In this document: positions 1 through 12,470 of the stretch, in pieces
Position numbering within the stretch: the first letter of the stretch is position 1
Layout: the number at the start of each line of letters is the position of its first letter
Source: Paecilomyces variotii
Taxonomy: Eukaryota
Direction: 5' to 3' (one strand)
DNA: 64,000 nucleotides
Assembly (NCBI GenBank): GCA_004022145.1
Contig: RCNU01000018.1
Position numbers and translations under genes: made by a program
The notes under the pieces: model-generated
What the model was told of the DNA's origin: nothing
Seen by the model: only the letters and a program-made list of their open reading frames with translations
Database searches by the model: none

Positions 1-1685
1 CGTTTGTCGATGTCATGACATCCGTGGGGAAGAACCCCGACTCGCTTGGTTGTGAATTGTGCAAGCCTGCAATCGCCTCCATTTTGTCCAGTCTCTACAA
101 TCCACATCTCATGGATAAGCCTGTCCATGACCTACAGGAAACCAATGATCGGTTCCTGGCAAATATCCAGCGCAACGGCACGTTCTCTGTTGTTCCTCGC
201 GTGGCTGGTGGAGAGATTACCCCGGACAAGCTCATTGCCATCGGTCAGGTGGCCAAAAAATACAATCTATATTGTAAGATCACAGGTGCTCAGCGTATCG
301 ATCTGTTTGGCGCCAAGAAACAGGATCTGCTCGGTATATGGGAAGCGCTGGTGGATGCGGGAATGGAGAGCGGTCACGCCTATGCTAAGGGACTGCGGGC
401 GATCAAGGTCTATTTCCTATTCTCTATGATAGCCTGTAGTTCTACAATAACTGACATATTTTCAGAGCTGCGTTGGAACGACCTGGTGTCGCTTCGGAAT
501 CGGCGACAGTGTTGGCATGGCCATCCGACTGGAGGAGCGCTATAAGAGCATTCGGGCTCCGCACAAGTTCAAAGGTGCTGTATCAGGGTGCGTCCGAGAA
601 TGTGCTGAGGCGCAGAACAAAGAGTACGTCAGAGAACATTTGCTGTCGTCAGTAATTGGCATGCTAATACTACGGATAGCTTTGGTCTGATTGCAACCGA
701 AAAAGGTTTCAACATTTTTGTTGGCGGAAATGGGGGTGCCAAACCTCGGCATGCCGAGCTCCTGGCCAAAGATGTCCCTCCTGAAGAAATTATCCCGCTG
801 ATCGACCGATACCTGATCTTCTACATCCGGACCGCGGACAAATTGCAGCGGACTGCTCGATGGATAGAGAACATGCCAGGCGGCATCAGTTACCTGCGGG
901 AGGTGATTATCGACGACAAGCTAGGCATCTGTGCCGATCTAGAGCGCCAAATGCAGGAGCTCGTGGGCTCATACTACTGTGAGTGGAAGGAGACGATTAA
1001 CAACCCCGAACGACGCAAGTTCTTCCAGCAGTTCGACAACACATCCGAAACGGTGGAGACAGTCGAGATTATTAAGGAGCGGGATCAGCAGCGGCCGACA
1101 TACTGGCCCAAAGAATCCGCCACGGAAGACTTCCGTGGTCATCAGTGGTCGACTGTATCCTGGCAGCCCATCATCCGGGCGGATCACTTCTCTGATGAGA
1201 AGCCACAGATCTCTTCGGCCAATATCAAACGGGGTGACACGCAACTTGCAGTATTTAAGATCAAGGGAAAGTACTACTCGACACAGCAGATGTGTCCTCA
1301 CAAGCGAGCCTTTGTCCTCTCGGACGGGCTCATCGGAGATGACGATGCAGGCAAATACTGGGTCTCGTGTCCGTACCACAAGCGCAACTATGAGCTTAAC
1401 GGAGAACAGGCAGGACGCTGTTCAAACGATGAGGCGTTGAACATCGCAACCTTTCCTGCGGAGGAGCGAGACGATGGCTGGGTGTACCTCAAGCTACCGC
1501 CTGTGGAGGAGCTGGATGCAGTTCTGGGAACAGAAAAGTGGAAGGTCCGCAAGGGTGAGGCAGAAGATCCGTTCGTGAAGGTGGATCAGAAATATAACAA
1601 GAAGGGGATCCGGGGCAAGAAGGTTGGGCATGTCGACGTACAGGTACGCGAGGTGCACTCCACGGCCAACGGGATCGACTGGTAG
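1..1685 (+). CDS. niiA: Assimilatory NAD(P)H nitrite reductase, 3' part (5' end outside window); introns at ~408-465 and ~622-679
   Basis: BFD-like CELCKP motif, NIQRNGTFSVVPR..GGEITP, siroheme/4Fe-4S motifs (KSCVGTTWCRFG after splicing; SGCVRECAEA), C-terminal Rieske/NirD domain CPHK...CPYH; GT-AG introns join the ORF pieces. Confidence 0.97.
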
Positions 1686-2347
1686 AATATGCATTTGCTG
1701 GATTTGAACATTAGGGCCTACGATGGTGTCGGTGTTTGTGTTTGTTCGGGTGATGACCTTGGTTTTTTCGTATACATCAGCATTGGTTGAGTATGGCGTT
1801 TGTATGAATACCTGAATATGTCAAGACTCTGATGACGCTGCTTATGGGATTACTGCTAGACATGAATACATTTATGACTTATGAATATCACTCTCATCAT
1901 TTAACATTCATTCATAGGTTCTCAGAGATTCACTACCTAAGTGACGGAGTTCTTCCCAACAAGCTCCACCCATGGGGATAGATAGCCTGGGCTTGCTAGA
2001 GAATCCAAACACCAGGCAACTTCAGCCCTGCAAGATAGTTCCCATGGGAAGGCCATTTATAAAATTATTGTAATACCCGGCAAGCATTCAGAGCCAGGTA
2101 TCTGCCTCGTTCGCTAAACCAGCCGGAATTTGCCACTGGTCCAGCGCAGGAAGGTTATTGAATCGAGGATAAACTAGGTAGTAAGTAGTAGCAGTGTAGT
2201 TGGTATATTATCTATTGATATTAATAATATACTCTGCCGTAATAAGGATATTCAGTATACCATCCGATGCTCTGGAATCCCTCGAGTACATACCTAGTCA
2301 TACTCATCTCCCTAGGGCAAGACGCTTCACGTGATCGAATCCAATAA

Positions 2348-2355
2348 CTCCGCGG
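2348..2355 (+). promoter_or_regulatory. NirA-binding consensus CTCCGHGG (CTCCGCGG)
   Basis: Exact match to the Aspergillus NirA consensus between niiA and crnA. Confidence 0.6.
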
Positions 2356-2368
2356 AAATCCCCCATTA

Positions 2369-2796
2369 ACGTAATTCCCTACCGACCTGATCACCCGCCC
2401 GACCTGATCAGTGTTGTATTACATACAAAATGGCCAAATTTCAAACACGAATATCTCAACAACGAAGCAGTTTAATGGTGTTTAGAAGATAGATATCTAA
2501 AATATAGATTATTAGAAATATTTAAGCTGAGTTTTAGATATTTAAATCCTGGTTTTCTGCAGATATTAAAGATGTAAGATAATTACTAGAATTACACTTG
2601 TAATTTATATTACCTAGATAAAAAGCAATTTCTAGAACTAAAGTCTTAAGTATATATAAATTTATGACTATAAAACACTATAAATTAACTCTTATACGTG
2701 TTAAACAATTGGTTGTTGAGATATCTAGGGGCTATTTTATATGTAATACGGCACTGATCAGGTCGGGCGGGTGATCAGGTCGGTAGGGAATTACGT
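2369..2796. mobile_element. Non-autonomous Tc1/mariner (Fot1/pogo-type) MITE, Vader-like architecture
   Basis: 45-bp perfect TIR ACGTAATTCCCTACCGACCTGATCACCCGCCCGACCTGATCAGTG, extending imperfectly to ~67 bp; TA at 2367-2368 and 2797-2798 (target duplication); internal direct sub-repeat CCGACCTGATCA x2 per TIR; AT-rich non-coding interior; 428 bp. Confidence 0.95.
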
Positions 2797-2997
2797 TACT
2801 TCCAAGTTAACTTAGCATTACCGCAGTGATTTCGATCTATTCTGGGCTTATCAGTTGTTTCATCCGCATATCTTGGAATGAGAACGCCACATAAGAACAA
2901 CAGCAGTTCTGGATGGACCTAGAATGACATACCATATCCCATCCCATCGCATCTATACTGATTATTACTCTAAACAATGGACAATAGATTCAAAGCG

Positions 2998-3005
2998 CCG
3001 CGGAG
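2998..3005 (-). promoter_or_regulatory. NirA-binding consensus CTCCGCGG
   Basis: CCGCGGAG on + strand upstream of crnA. Confidence 0.7.
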
Positions 3006-3147
3006 ATGGACAGGTGCATCTCTCGCAGGTCAATCGTCCAGCTTGAGGTGGAGAGAATCAGGGACTAACGCTTGCCCAGGTCCGCCATCCGCAACCGCGG
3101 ACCCAATCGGGAGCGCGAGAGTTATCAGCGTCCGAGTACTTCTGTGC

Positions 3148-3155
3148 CCGCGGAG
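3148..3155 (-). promoter_or_regulatory. NirA-binding consensus CTCCGCGG
   Basis: CCGCGGAG on + strand, flanked by GATA sites at 3121 and 3186. Confidence 0.7.
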
Positions 3156-3942
3156 TTATTTCTCCTGAGTCCTGACATTCCGTTGCTTATCGGGATGAGC
3201 AGACACGTTTGAGATCGACTCGATGCCAAGGATCATAGCCTATTCTGCGTGATCCCCCAGAAAGAAGAGGCGTCAATCGGGTGGCCAGGCAAACGATGGC
3301 ATCGGAATCCCAATACCTTGGCTCCTTACCAATTCTAACCCGGAGTAAATCTATCCGATCGGCTTGATTCGACCATGGGCCAACCGGACTACAGTCTCAC
3401 AACTCCGTGTACTCAGCAGGAACTAGCCTCGTGAATCCGGCGGCGAGTCTGCGTGCATGTTCACTGCCAATACTAGCCCAAGCATTGGCGATAAGTTCCT
3501 GTCCGCTCTTTTGATATTGGGACAAGACCGTTGTGCAGACCGCATTAGGGAGGCCTGTGGGTCGATATGCCTACTCTAACATGAGATCAAGGGTCGATTG
3601 GGAAGCTGGGCAGTTCCAGGTTTCGGACTCGTGCATCAGTCCTCAGGGCGATAGGGCTAGTGTGAAAGCATCCTTACGTCGTGGTATACTACTAATCGGT
3701 CGAGATATCGATATCTATAAGTCTTTGTTATATAGAAGCTGGCAGTCGCCTCGGTCGATGTTGATACTTCGCCTTTCCTCAACAGGTATTGCCGTCAATA
3801 ATCGATCAACTGACGGTGGTTCGACATTACTCCTCACCGGTGATTACATGCTGGTATACATCCAGGTCGTGGTATACTAGGAAGGAAAAGATCGAACGAG
3901 AGGACTGAATCGCTGCCACTGGCTGGAGTTTCTTGCTTCATC

Positions 3943-5735
3943 ATGGGTCGAAATATGTTGAAGCTGCTCTTTGTAGCACCAGAAGTGAACCCGATCAATC
4001 AAAAAGCCTTGTCAATACCTGTACTCAATCCATTCAATCGATATGGACGGGCATTCTTCTTCTCGTGGCTGGGTTTCATGACGGCGTTCCTATCATGGTA
4101 TGCCTTTCCGCCATTGGTAAGTCTTGATCGTTATACTATATCGAAGTCAGGTAGATCTGGGGACAAAATTCTGACAAGGGAATATTATAGTTGACCGACA
4201 CGATCAAAGGGGATCTACACATGAGCCAGAACCAGGTTGCAAACTCGAACATCATCGCACTGCTTGCCACGTAAGAACTCATGGCCTCGGGGAAATCCAG
4301 TAGATGTGTACTTATCGCTCTCTAGTTTGATCGTACGATTCATATCCGGTCCTTTATGTGACCGTTTCGGTCCTCGACTCGTGTTCATCGGGTTGCTGCT
4401 CGCTGGTGCCATCCCGACTGCCATGGCTGGTTTGGTCACGAACCCTAACGGTCTCATCGCGCTGCGCTTCTTCGTCGGTATTCTCGGGGGTACTTTTGTT
4501 CCTTGCCAAGTGTGGACAACCGGATTCTTCGACAAGAGTATCGTCGGTTTTGCTAACTCCCTTGCGGGTGGTCTTGGAAACGCTGGTGGTGGTATAACCT
4601 AGTAAGTGCTACCTTTGACATACTCGATGGAGTACTTTTGCCATAGATCTGACCTGCTATCAGCTTCGTCATGCCTGCCGTATTCGACTCCCTAGTGCAC
4701 CAGCGAGGCCTCGCTCCTCACAAGGCCTGGCGCGTTGCTTACATCGTTCCTTTCATCATTATCACCGCCATTGCCCTATGCATGCTATTCCTCTGCGAGG
4801 ACACTCCGACGGGCAAGTGGTCAGAACGTCACAAATGGATGGAGCAGCAGCACCCCGACAACACTCCCGCAGAGCAGGAAATTGTCGACACCAAGTCCGG
4901 AGTGCGCTCGAACGACCTCTCTTCTCCTGCGTCCGAATCCTCCTCCGTGATCGAGAAAAAGTCACCTCGCCCACAGGACGCGATGGCAGACCAGGAGGCT
5001 CAGACCGCTGAGGGTGACTCCACATATGCTGAAGTAGTTGTCGCACCTACTACGAAGGAGGCATTGCGAGTGATCTTCAGTCTGGCAACCCTGTCGGTAG
5101 CTACCGCATACGCCTGCTCTTTTGGCGCCGAACTCGCTATCGAGTCCATCCTGGGATCTTACTATGGGCACAACTTCCCTCACCTTGGCCAGACGGAAAC
5201 CGGCCGCTGGGCAGCTATGTTCGGCCTTCTCAACGTCGTCTTCCGTCCTATTGGCGGCTACATCTCCGACCTGATCTACCGCTCCACCAACAACGTCTGG
5301 GGAAAGAAGATGTGGCTGACCTTCCTGGGCGTTATCATGGGTGCGTTCCAACTTGCCATCGGCCTGACGAATCCCCGCTCCCAGTCCACCATGTTTGGAC
5401 TTTCTGCCGGTCTGGCTTTCTTCCTGGAGGCGTGTAACGGCGCCAACTTTGCCCTAGTACCTCATGTCCATCCCTATGCTAATGGTAAGTTTATCTTAAC
5501 CTTCTCCTTCATGCCTCCCTCAAAGACAACGTCACTAACCTCCCCTCCAGGAATCGTCTCCGGAATAGTCGGTGCCACAGGAAATCTCGGCGGTATCATT
5601 TTCGCCATTATATTCCGCTATAACGGCGTACAATATGGCCGCTCTATCTGGATCATCGGCGCCATTTCCATCGGCATCTTCGTCACTCTCAGTTGGGTCC
5701 GACCAGTCCCGAAGGGACAGAGTAGTCATCGGTGA
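3943..5735 (+). CDS. crnA: High-affinity nitrate transporter (NNP/NRT2 family MFS), 4 introns
   Basis: [28 protein letters not shown], nitrate signature [38 protein letters not shown]; directly downstream of niiA. Confidence 0.96.
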
Positions 5736-6431
5736 TTCAGATAACGTATTTCTCGTTTCTTATCTTTTTGGGGTCCTGTTATGATATTTATTTATAAAGT
5801 TCTGGGATGATACGATACCATGGTCTTGAGCTGGGCTTGGAATGGATGGGTCGGGATGGCGTTTTTACTTTTTACTGCTACTTCTTCTTCCATGTTTGAT
5901 GTTACTACGATGACTCTCGAAAGGGCTGGATGATATATGGGAGAGCATGGGAATAGAATACAGATCAATTAGTTCATTATTCTTCCTTTGTTTTTCCATG
6001 AAGTATAAATAACCTGTCACGCCTAATCTCAGATTTTTCCATAGAATTCTTATATGAGGATTGTGATGAAATAATCTAGGTTCTCTAGACAGACGAGCGT
6101 ATCCAGCAAAGAATTGGAGTTGGGGATATTGTGTTGGGATTTATTCAAAAGGAACGACTTGCACCCTTATATATTGGATTCAACTTTGCCCCGTTATAAA
6201 AAAAAAAGACATTGTTCCGTGGTATGTAGAGATCTCTTCTTCTCTCAATATCTTCTTGTGCATAATTATTAGAGTTAAGAATAAAGGAATGAATGAATGG
6301 AAAAAGGAAAACACTTATTAGAGGCTATATCCGGCCATTGGATCCTAGTCATAGAACCGCAGATCCCCCCTACAATACCTTCTGGCCATGACAGATTGAG
6401 CCATGGTATTCGTCCAAGTCCGACCAGCACT

Positions 6432-7497
6432 TTACTCAGACGCCTCGCCCAGAATACCACGGGCAAAGTGCCTCTTGCGCATTCTGTACTCGATGGATCG
6501 TTTAGTTGCTGCGGCGGACTGCGTGAATGCTGCTGAACCACCGAACGGTCCTGCCAGCGCGTTATTGTTTACGCGGACGATGCACACGTTCTTTACACCA
6601 CCGACAGTTCCACTGCAGGTCATTCCTGCTGGCATTTGCACTTGGATCGGGAAATCAGTCTTCGTGACGCCGTCGAGTGACAGCTTGTTGTCGCCGGGGA
6701 TGTCCTGAGTGACTGTAGCTTGTTGGAAGGCGTTAGGGTCTGTTCCACCTGATGTCGGATCGATCATGGCGGTTAATGGACCAGCGCCGTCTTGGTTGAC
6801 CTGGTGGAAGTGGAATTGTCAGTGGGGAGTAAAAGATCCTGGATTTGATAGCTGAGACAATTAGTTACTCACCTGATGGTAAGTCATGGAGATAGTCCCG
6901 TTGTCAGAGCATGTTGGAAGACCGGACGTGGCTCCAGTACCAGCTGCGGCTTTGACGCCTTCTTCGACTGTTCCATCGGCCGTCTTAGTTCCTTCAGATG
7001 TGTTGGCATCGTTCTGATCATCTGTAACAACTCCAATTAGTAACAGAACTCTTTTCTCTCTTGAGAGCCAGGTCTTCTAACCCTTTCCACCTCCCAGGAG
7101 ATCACTAAGCAGTCCTCTCCTTCTCTTGGTAGCTGCATTGGCCGTCGAGTTGCCCATGAAGGTCGCAATCGCAGACGCAGCATCGACGGGACCATTGCCC
7201 TTGGTACGACCCAGTGCAGAGGCTTTGTCAGTGCCCAGTTCCTTGTCTCTGATGATGGAAGTATCGTCTTCCGCACCACATAAAGGTGATGAGCAATCAC
7301 GAGGGGTGCCATCGATCACTGAAGCCATAATATATATTGTAAGTACACCTAGTCGAGTCTGCAACGAATGGGACAGAGAGCACACCTGAGAGGCCTGGCA
7401 TGTTCACTCCATTGGCACCCTGGATTTGCGTGACGACTCCATGAGCGGAGACGTGGGCGGAACAGACCGCGAGGACAACAGCGATAGAGTAATGCAT
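6432..7497 (-). CDS. Secreted Egh16/GAS1/CAS1-like (DUF3129) protein, 3 introns
   Basis: Signal peptide MHYSIAVVLAVCSAHVSA followed by H; VIDGTPRDC...DTSIIRD; YHQVNQDGAGP; MPAGMTCSG...CIVRVNNNALAGPFGG. Confidence 0.85.
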
Positions 7498-9161
7498 GGT
7501 AGATAATCCCAAATATGAATCGACAAGACAAAAGTAAACCACAGAGAAAAAGGCAGTGTGGTATATCAAATACCTTCTTTGGACAAATAAAAAGAAAAGA
7601 ACTGTACTAAAATATGGCTGCGTCCTGCGCGGAAAGAGAACAGAATAAGATATGAAAGATGCGGCTGCGGACTGAGGCGTGAATTCCCAAATAGAAATAC
7701 TTACTTCACAGGAGGACCTTGTCTTATATATATGCTATCTCTCTGGGAATCTACCTTCCGGAAACAGACACAAGAAGCAGTCCTCTTGGTTCGGGCATAT
7801 AGTCCATATCCAGCATCGCTCTCGCAACTAGCGTGTCTAGAATCCATTCCAATCCATCACCTTCTCTATCAGTATTTCTTGAGAAGGTATAAGAAAGAAG
7901 ATCCTTGATTGGATAGACAGGACAGACGGCGTTGGATCAAGGAATCGAACAGGATACCCTCGGTTATGCTAATCACAGCCACTTGCATCAACCAATCTGG
8001 TCACCAAAAGGACAATAAGAATGAGGCTATGCTACTCCAGCTAAGACAGTTCCCGACGAGGGATGTGTGAGAGAGCAAGTTGGGCCGTTTCAATCGTGCA
8101 GAAAAGAGGAAGGTCGATTTTGTAGCATGTTGTTGTCACGGGCACCGGAGTGGTGAAACGGTTCTAGATAGCTCCCATACCCAAGATTGTGAATTGCAGA
8201 AAGTATCCACATAGCTTAACTATCGATGGAGGCATTCGCTTGATCTATTAGTGTCTGTTATCAGTCAAGTCAAGCAACAAACTCGTGACATTCATTGTGG
8301 ACATCATCAAGAGGCCTAGAATTGAACATGGTAGTATCAATATTTGTAGATACACTTCCGCCAAGTAGTTTGAGAATTGAGAATAGAAAAATACTAGTAG
8401 TTTGAGTAGACCTGGAACATGCTGGAGGCTCACCGGGACCGTATTGCAAAACAGGACGGATCTAGAAACGGAGCATAGAGCTTATTTGGGACAAGACACA
8501 GCTAGGAATCTCTTGCAGATCCATGCTACCAGGGATGGCTTGTATAGAACAGACAGACGTTGGTTGTACGGAGCAGGGAGTTGTAGAACAAGCAGCCAGC
8601 CCCCACGTTTAGATTTACGCACGTTAGCTAGATATGTTCGCCTATTAACATGCATCCTTGACATCTTCAAAGAAACTTATGTATCAAATCCGCAGGGACT
8701 ACCGCGCAGACGATCAAGTAGAAGTTAGCTACGTCGCTACTGGAATAAAAGATAAGGCAAATCTAGCTTCCTTCGGCTCTATGACCGTGGAAGGATCCCT
8801 GCTCAGATCTCTCCTGTTTCAGATTAAGCTCGAGAGTACAAGAACCCAAAGAGGCACTGTTTCATCCCTGTCAAGTTACAGAAATGGAAGCTTTGGACCA
8901 ATTACAACAAGTAGAGCGTATTCTCTGCCTCGGCTAGAAAGAAATTCGCCAAGCCAAGAAGCCAGACACACTCGAGGATGGACCCCCGTGTTGGCCGCTC
9001 TCTGCGGACATACAACCAAATCGTCGCAGTTTAGGGTATCTTTCCCAAAGAATACAGATTTAGAATCAGACCCCAAAACGCCATGCCCAGAAGGGAAAAA
9101 CAAGACTTTGCCATCGAACTCCAGAATTCCTCACACGATTGGAGGAAGTGCATTATCCATT

Positions 9162-10542
9162 TTAGTCGACGCCAGGAGGGGCATCCTTGAGGATTTCCCA
9201 TCCATACTCCTCCTCAGGCTTTTCGGGTTCCATGCCCAAGGCGTTACGGTAGGCACGGACCTCGTTCTGAAGTCCAGCCACAATGCGGATAGGTAGCTCT
9301 TCCTCCTCGCAGCGGAGACGATAGGCGGTCCGAATCATCTCGGCACATTTCATGGTCATAGCGTGCCAGTGGTCGCGATCGAGACGGCTCTCGAGGTGGG
9401 CGTCACGCTCAGCTTGGAGGAGGTTGTTGTAGTGACGCTTCTGAGCAAGGAAGTGCATGGTGTTGTTGTGGCAGTAGTTACGGATCTGCTCAACCATGGT
9501 GCCGACAGCGGTCTCGTATTCTCCAATGAGTCTAGTATTCTCAACCTGCTCACGTTTCAAGACCTCAACGAGACGCTTTTCTTTAACGAGGGCCCGCTCA
9601 AGTTCCGCAATGCGCGCAGCTATCTTTGATTTTAGCGTGGAAAACGTGGAAACACTCTGAATGAACCTTACCACTTATTTCTCCATTGACCTGCTGCAGA
9701 TTAGGGCTGGCGCCTTCAGAGCTCGCACGTCTCTGGAGTTTACAAGTCAGCTCATCATATTTCAACCCATCAACCCCAAAGACTTGTCAGGGTACACGAA
9801 GAAGGCCCAGATATTGACGTACCATGATTTCCTCCGCGCTGTTGATGATGCCCTTGGTCATCTCGCGATTGTTCTTGAGCACCTCGCTCAATTCGAGGAC
9901 CATTTCATACAGATGGTTGAGGTCCATCTGATGGCCCGCATTCATGGGCATTCCACCATTGATCCCCGCCATTCCGCCACCGTTGACCTGGGCTGATGCG
10001 TGCGGAGGGGAAGGAGACGGAGTCTGACGTGGGATACCAGCGAGATTGGGGTTGTTGTCGATGTAATTGGTGAACATGCCACCTCCCGGAGAACTGTTGG
10101 GCAGGCCAGAACCGTTGCTGAGGGACATCCTCGCGCGGTTGAAGGCGCGGTTGAGCTCTCCAAAGACTGGATGCAATTCAGAGTTGGTGTCGAGCGGTTG
10201 GCGTAGGTGTGGTGGTGGAGTAGGACGAGTGGCAGCTTCGAGACCGCTGCGATCAGGACCGGGGTACTTCGCGTAGCTGAAGGTCGCGAGGAAGTTGTCG
10301 AGCTCTTCGCGGTTCAAAAAGCCCGACGCACGACGATGACGACGGAAACCCTGCTGAGGGACTCCAGGAGTCTGAGAAGATTGGAGGGGAGTATTATTAT
10401 TGGCGTCGCTATGCGGCAGGTTTATTGTCATGTTCCTCTGGTCCAGCTGCATTGGCGCCTGCTGGCTGCCGTATCCCGCGCCATCACTGAAAGGGTTAGG
10501 CGCGGAAGGGCCAGGCGGTTCGCTGCGACTTCTAGCGTGCAT
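9162..10542 (-). CDS. sipB: Coiled-coil protein, probable SIKE-like STRIPAK subunit (exons 10542-9823, 9732-9672, 9619-9162; ~412 aa)
   Basis: Spliced ORF stays in frame; low-complexity N-terminus, MDLNHLYEMVLELSEVLKNNRE segment, long C-terminal coiled coil; position two genes from crnA matches my recollection of A. nidulans sipB. Confidence 0.6.
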
Positions 10543-11071
10543 CTGGAGTGATCATGTATTCTTAGTAGTTCTCCAGCATTAATATTGATGCTCACAGAGC
10601 AGCAGTCAGGCTCTGTCTGGACGTGAGACCGTGGACGGTCAAGAGGTCTTCAGTTGCCTGAGGAGTGAGGGCAAGGTGAATATGACAACTCGCAGACTGG
10701 CCTAGTTAGTCCCTTTGCTTTCGTCAAGGTCCTACACAAATAGTCCCGCTTCCGGCTACAGGCGTGTATTTTGCAGTCCATCAAGTAATCTTCATGATCA
10801 TCTATCATGTCTTAGTGTCACTGCAGATATGATGTTTATACCTTAAGGTTGAAACAAGACTTTGTGTCCTCTATAATAAAACAATTGATGGATGCCTACA
10901 TGTGCAGCATGGGGATCTAGGGCAATAATAGCGCCGACAATCATTAATGAAAGGACAGGATACTTAGATATGGCGAATCATTATCGCTTCAAAGAAAGGA
11001 GGTCTTCTTTGCCAAGCATAGTGGGTTTAAAAATAGCAAACCCGGAAAGTCCGGCAACGCATTGATCCATG

Positions 11072-11950
11072 TCAAGTCATATCCAGAAGCGCTGACAGCT
11101 TCTGCTCAGTATCTAGATAGGTAGCATTGCCCGTGTCCTCCTGACGGAGACTTTTACTTTGACTGACACGACCGGCAACTCGAGCTACCAACATCCTCAT
11201 CCTGTCGAGCTCCTTTCCAAGCTCGCCATCTCTGGTTACCAAGTTCGGTTGGATGTTGCTTTGCGGGTCCTTGAACGGCTCAAGGAGCGCCTGCAGCCTT
11301 TTGTACTCCGCAAGCCGCCGTTGCTGTTGCTGACGCTGTTCGTCTAGCTCGACGAGGCGAGTGCGTAGCTGCTGGTATCTCGGGGGATATCAATAACTGG
11401 ACCATCAAGCACCATCTGCAATACGGCTGACTCCTTACCTCTGTCTTCCCTCTTCATCAGCAGATTCACTCTCCCACTCGAGTGGGAGCTTCGATATATT
11501 CCTGAAAAGTGTCAGCCTGCACCTGGTAGGAGTGCTTAAATAAGATCAAGACCTACAAATGGTTTGAGAGATCAGTTCCCTGCTCGACCCCTTTCCCATG
11601 ATAGCCTAGACCATGCAGATCCTCATGAACCGAGTTCCAGTAGAGGCTTTCAATCTGTCGCGCAACATGGTGGATGGCTTGAGATGAGTAGACTACGCGA
11701 TTATGTTGTTTCAAAACAGAATGCACTGGATTTTGTCAGACGCGAACGAGGAAACCTCAATGAATAATCAGGTGCTGTCCATACATTTCTGCAATGCTTC
11801 CTCGACCGCTTTGTCACTCAGATCACCTTCATCTGATGGGACTCCATAGGCTCTCCAGCCTTCTTGAGGTTCAAGCGCGGCCGATAGTATCCGTACCTGA
11901 GTTCGTACGAAGGAGGATTTCAGCTCTGAAATTGTCCGAGAAGTGTCCAT
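11072..11950 (-). CDS. Kinetochore Sim4-complex subunit Fta4-like, multi-exon
   Basis: N-term RTISELKSSFVRTQVRILS, HNRVVYS..A..HVAR.IE.LYW, C-term LLEPFKDPQSNIQPNLVTRDGELGKELDRMRMLVARV. Confidence 0.75.
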
Positions 11951-12470
11951 GGTTCATCAAGAACCACGTCCCATTGTTGCGCCTCGTGGGACGAATGTCA
12001 GATTAATTATAACGTTGATAATAAATTGATGTCGCGTTCTTGTCGCGAAACTGTTATCGATAACGGGTGTCCACGTGACCTTCCCCGCGAATCGAAATCA
12101 CCGCGGTTGATCTTAAGCCACTACTGTATCATCGACTCTACAAGTACATGTCCATTGTCCACCCGGTCGGTTAGAACGGCCGCTAATAGACAGGAATTCC
12201 GTGAATGGGCTATATCTATCGGGATACCGATCACATCGATCATAGTAACGAGGTCTCTAGCCGCTAGTCGCAGATGTAATCGTGTTGTCCTCGGTCTAAG
12301 CGATGCGACAGGGCTCCTTCGCGCGGAGCCTCGGTAATTCGCCGACTAGCATTACGATCAGTCAGGAACGTCCGCTTCTGCACGCGGTTTAGCTATCTCC
12401 ATACGCTTCTATATCAGACAGTTTCACATATGATATCTGTCTAGAAGACGTCTTTTTATTTAATATCAAC

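Larger units (their letters stand above)
2847..3654. promoter_or_regulatory. crnA promoter: cluster of AreA GATA sites (HGATAR)
   Basis: TTATC/GATAA(G) at ~2847, 3121, 3186, 3490 and CGATAG at 3649, interspersed with NirA sites. Confidence 0.55.

Noticed and set aside
8658-9296. 212-aa + strand ORF
   Set aside because: Non-ATG start, overlaps the 3' end and UTR of the coiled-coil gene antisense, no recognisable motif
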